NCBI RefSeq assembly: GCF_006345805.1
Contig: NC_042998.1
Coordinates: 187,984,001 to 188,048,000 of the forward strand
Length of the DNA: 64,000 nucleotides
From: Octopus sinensis
Taxonomy: Eukaryota
Reading direction: 5' to 3'
The translations under genes were made by a program, and so were the position numbers. Shown here piece by piece: positions 61,175 through 64,000 of the stretch (positions are counted from its first letter, which is position 1; every line of letters begins with the position of its first letter). The notes under the pieces are model-generated. The model saw nothing but the letters and a program-made list of their open reading frames with translations. It made no database searches and was not told the DNA's origin.

Positions 61175-63342
61175 GTAAGTTATAACTTATGTATCCTCAA
61201 TTTGTTACATCTCAGTTTACAATGGCTCTCAAAAATCTTTTTATCATTTCTAAATATTTAAATGTATGTTGAATATATATTTCTGCTTGAGATCATTTTA
61301 TAATTTTACTCCTTTCAATAATTGGACTGCGGTCATGCTGGGGTACCACTTTGAAGGGTATAGTCATACTCTAGTATCCAGTCCCGCAGTTCTATTTCTT
61401 TAAGTTTGGTACTTACTCAATTGGTCTCTTTTGTTGAACCGTTAAGTTACAGGGACTTAAATATACTGACACTGGTTGTCAAATGGTGATGGTGGAGACA
61501 AGCACAAAGACCACACCCACACACACACACACACACGACAGGCTTCCACACAGTTTCTCCTCTACCAAATTCACTCAGAAGGCATTGGTCAGCTTGAGGC
61601 TATAGTAAAAGACACCCTATGTATCCTGCAGCAGGACTGAACCTGAAATGACATGGTTGCAAAGCCAGCTTCTTAACCACACAATCATGCCTTATACCTA
61701 AAAAGAAAATTACTTGCCAGAATCGGGATTAAAATGTTTTTGTAATTTTGTGTATTTTCATTAATTTTGTAGTTTTGGAAGTGGTTATTGAACTAGGTCA
61801 TATATGCACCGCTGGCGCCGCCGCCGACTATCCATGTTCCATGCTGACATGGGTTGGTTCATTTGACAAGGATCTGATGAGTCCAAGGATGGCATCGATG
61901 TCTTGCAAACAACTTGCACATGCAAGTGCTACCAGTCAAAAACTCCGTATATATCGGAAGCCAGCAAGTGTATGGGGTCATCAGGAGAGAATGCACGCCA
62001 CTTTGGGGCCTACTTCTTGACGACATCAATGCGCGCATGCCCCCCTCACTGATATGAGGCCCCACTTACTAGATCAGCTGGTTATCAAATAAAGCTCTAT
62101 TGTCTGCTTTGGCATAGTTTCTATGGCTGAATGCGCTTTCTAATCTCAATCACTTTACAGTGTTTACTTGGTGCTTTTTTTCATGCCAGCAGCACTATTG
62201 AGGTCACTATCTAGTTTGCAAGTTTTACTAACCTGAGGTGTGGTTGCTGTGTCCTTATGTTAACAAGAGGCTAAGATATGAAGGAAGAGGTTGTGGTAGA
62301 CCAGTTTTTGTTGTAGAGGAGCTACATAGCTATTCACATTTAGGGGAGAGAGAGAGAGAGAGAGAATTGATGGTATCTTCCAGGAGATAGTTAGTAGTGA
62401 TGAGACGTCCAGGTGACACCTCAAGTAGTAGTAGTGGATGAGGATTTGCAAGAGTGTATGAGTGAAGTGGGAGAGAGGGAAGGTAGGTAGGTAACATCTG
62501 TCATCATCAGCATCATCATCATTGTTTAACATCCGCTTTCCATGCTAGCATGGGTTGAATGATTTTGACTGAAGACTGGCGAACTAGATGGCTGCACCAG
62601 GCTCCAAGTGTAGTGGGTGCTTTTACGTGCCACTAGGAACGACTACACCCAAATGGTGTTTTTTTTTTTTACGTGCCACCTGCACACCGGCACAAGTGCC
62701 AGTAAGGTGATGCTGGTAACGATCATGCTTGAATGGTGCTTTTTATGTATCATGGGCACGGACACCAGTTAGCTGCTCTGGCAACGATTATGCTTGGATG
62801 GTGCTCTTAGTGCTCCACTAGCACGGATGCCAGTCATCGAATTTGATTTCGATTTCACTTGCCTCAACAGGTCTTCGCAAGCAGTGTCCAATGAAGGGAA
62901 GGTATGCATAAGTGGGCTGGTTACATCCCTGGCATAGGCCACAAGGTTATGGTCTCATGTGGCTTGCCGGGTCTTCTCAAGCACAGCATATTTATCTGTA
63001 AAGATTGGAAATTGTTGAAATGAGGAGTGCACAAATGAGAGGAAGCTAGAAGGTGCTAGTAGCAGGGTAGTAATAACGAGAAAAGAGAACAATGTGTTTG
63101 GCTAGATTGCAGAAGCAGAATAGAGAGATAGACAAATGTAATGCACGAGAAGAGATAATTTGGTGGTCCAAGGAGAGGATGGCCACTGTAACATGTGGGT
63201 GTGGGGAATAATATCAGTAACTGAAGAAGGGCTGACAAGTGGGATGGATCTGGCTAGCAGGAGAGAAAAGTGATATCAGAAGTGTGGAAGAGCTGCAATG
63301 AGGGAGGTGGGGATCAATGTGAGGAGTTGATTGACTGGGGTA

Positions 63343-63378
<36 letters not shown>

Positions 63379-63574
63379 TAAATGCTCTAATATCTACACA
63401 GCCTTGGTTTTTTCATCTTATTACGCAAAAAATTCTTATATACACACACTGACATAGAACCAACGTTGAACCCCTTATTCGCAAAATTACCGAATCTGGA
63501 ACTTAACTATGGTCTATCTATAGCACTTATTCAGCATTACCTGACACCTTTGGGTCTCAATGACACCATTATCT

Positions 63575-63616
<42 letters not shown>

Positions 63617-64000
63617 TAAATGAAATGAGAAAAAAGGAAAGTTTGCGCTTCATTTCTCTCTCTTATTCTCTCTCTCTACACACACATGCATAATATATAC
63701 CCACTCAGTGCTTTGTGAAGTCAGTTTTGCTGTGATGGGTGGGTTTCCATGGAAACCTCATTTCACCAGATAGCCTGGTCCTCTGTCATTTTCCCCGCGA
63801 GTTCTAAGGTCAGCTTTCAATCACTTCAAGCCATGTCTTCCTGGGTCTTCCTCATCCACATTTAAATTTTATTAATATTGATAATTCATGTTTAATATAG
63901 AGGGCATTTAAATTTTATGCATTTTTATCTGTGGGAATGGTGTTTGTCATTGGATGAGGTTGTATTGATATTTGACATTTGGTGCTGAAATTCAGTAAAC

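Overview
AT-rich, repeat-dense eukaryotic genomic DNA. The SINE repertoire and intron style suggest a cephalopod (octopus-like) genome; this is inference. The window is dominated by one + strand, intron-rich gene for a P4-type ATPase (phospholipid flippase) of the ATP8B subfamily. Eighteen phase-compatible GT-AG exons from 8845 to 61174 give an open protein carrying the DGET, PISL, DKTGT, KGAD, TGDK and GDGAND motifs. The start exon and the 3' exons are not identified in the window. The main discovery is an extra 99-nt exon at 18767-18865, which the ORF track does not list. It is a diverged, in-frame paralog of the exon at 23494-23592. The two look like mutually exclusive exons that swap the TM1-end/exoplasmic-loop/TM2 segment, which is the lipid entry-gate region of flippases. 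Nearby are a ~590-nt pyrimidine tract with only one AG ending in a recursive-splice-like CAG|GTAAGT, and one RNA arm with two competing pairing partners. The introns contain at least four SINE families, piggyBac-, Tc1/mariner- and Merlin/hAT-like elements, foldback hairpins, a Helentron-like element, Gypsy, CR1 and R4 fragments, degenerate hammerhead-like motifs and satellites. All calls were made by eye, and repeat boundaries are approximate.
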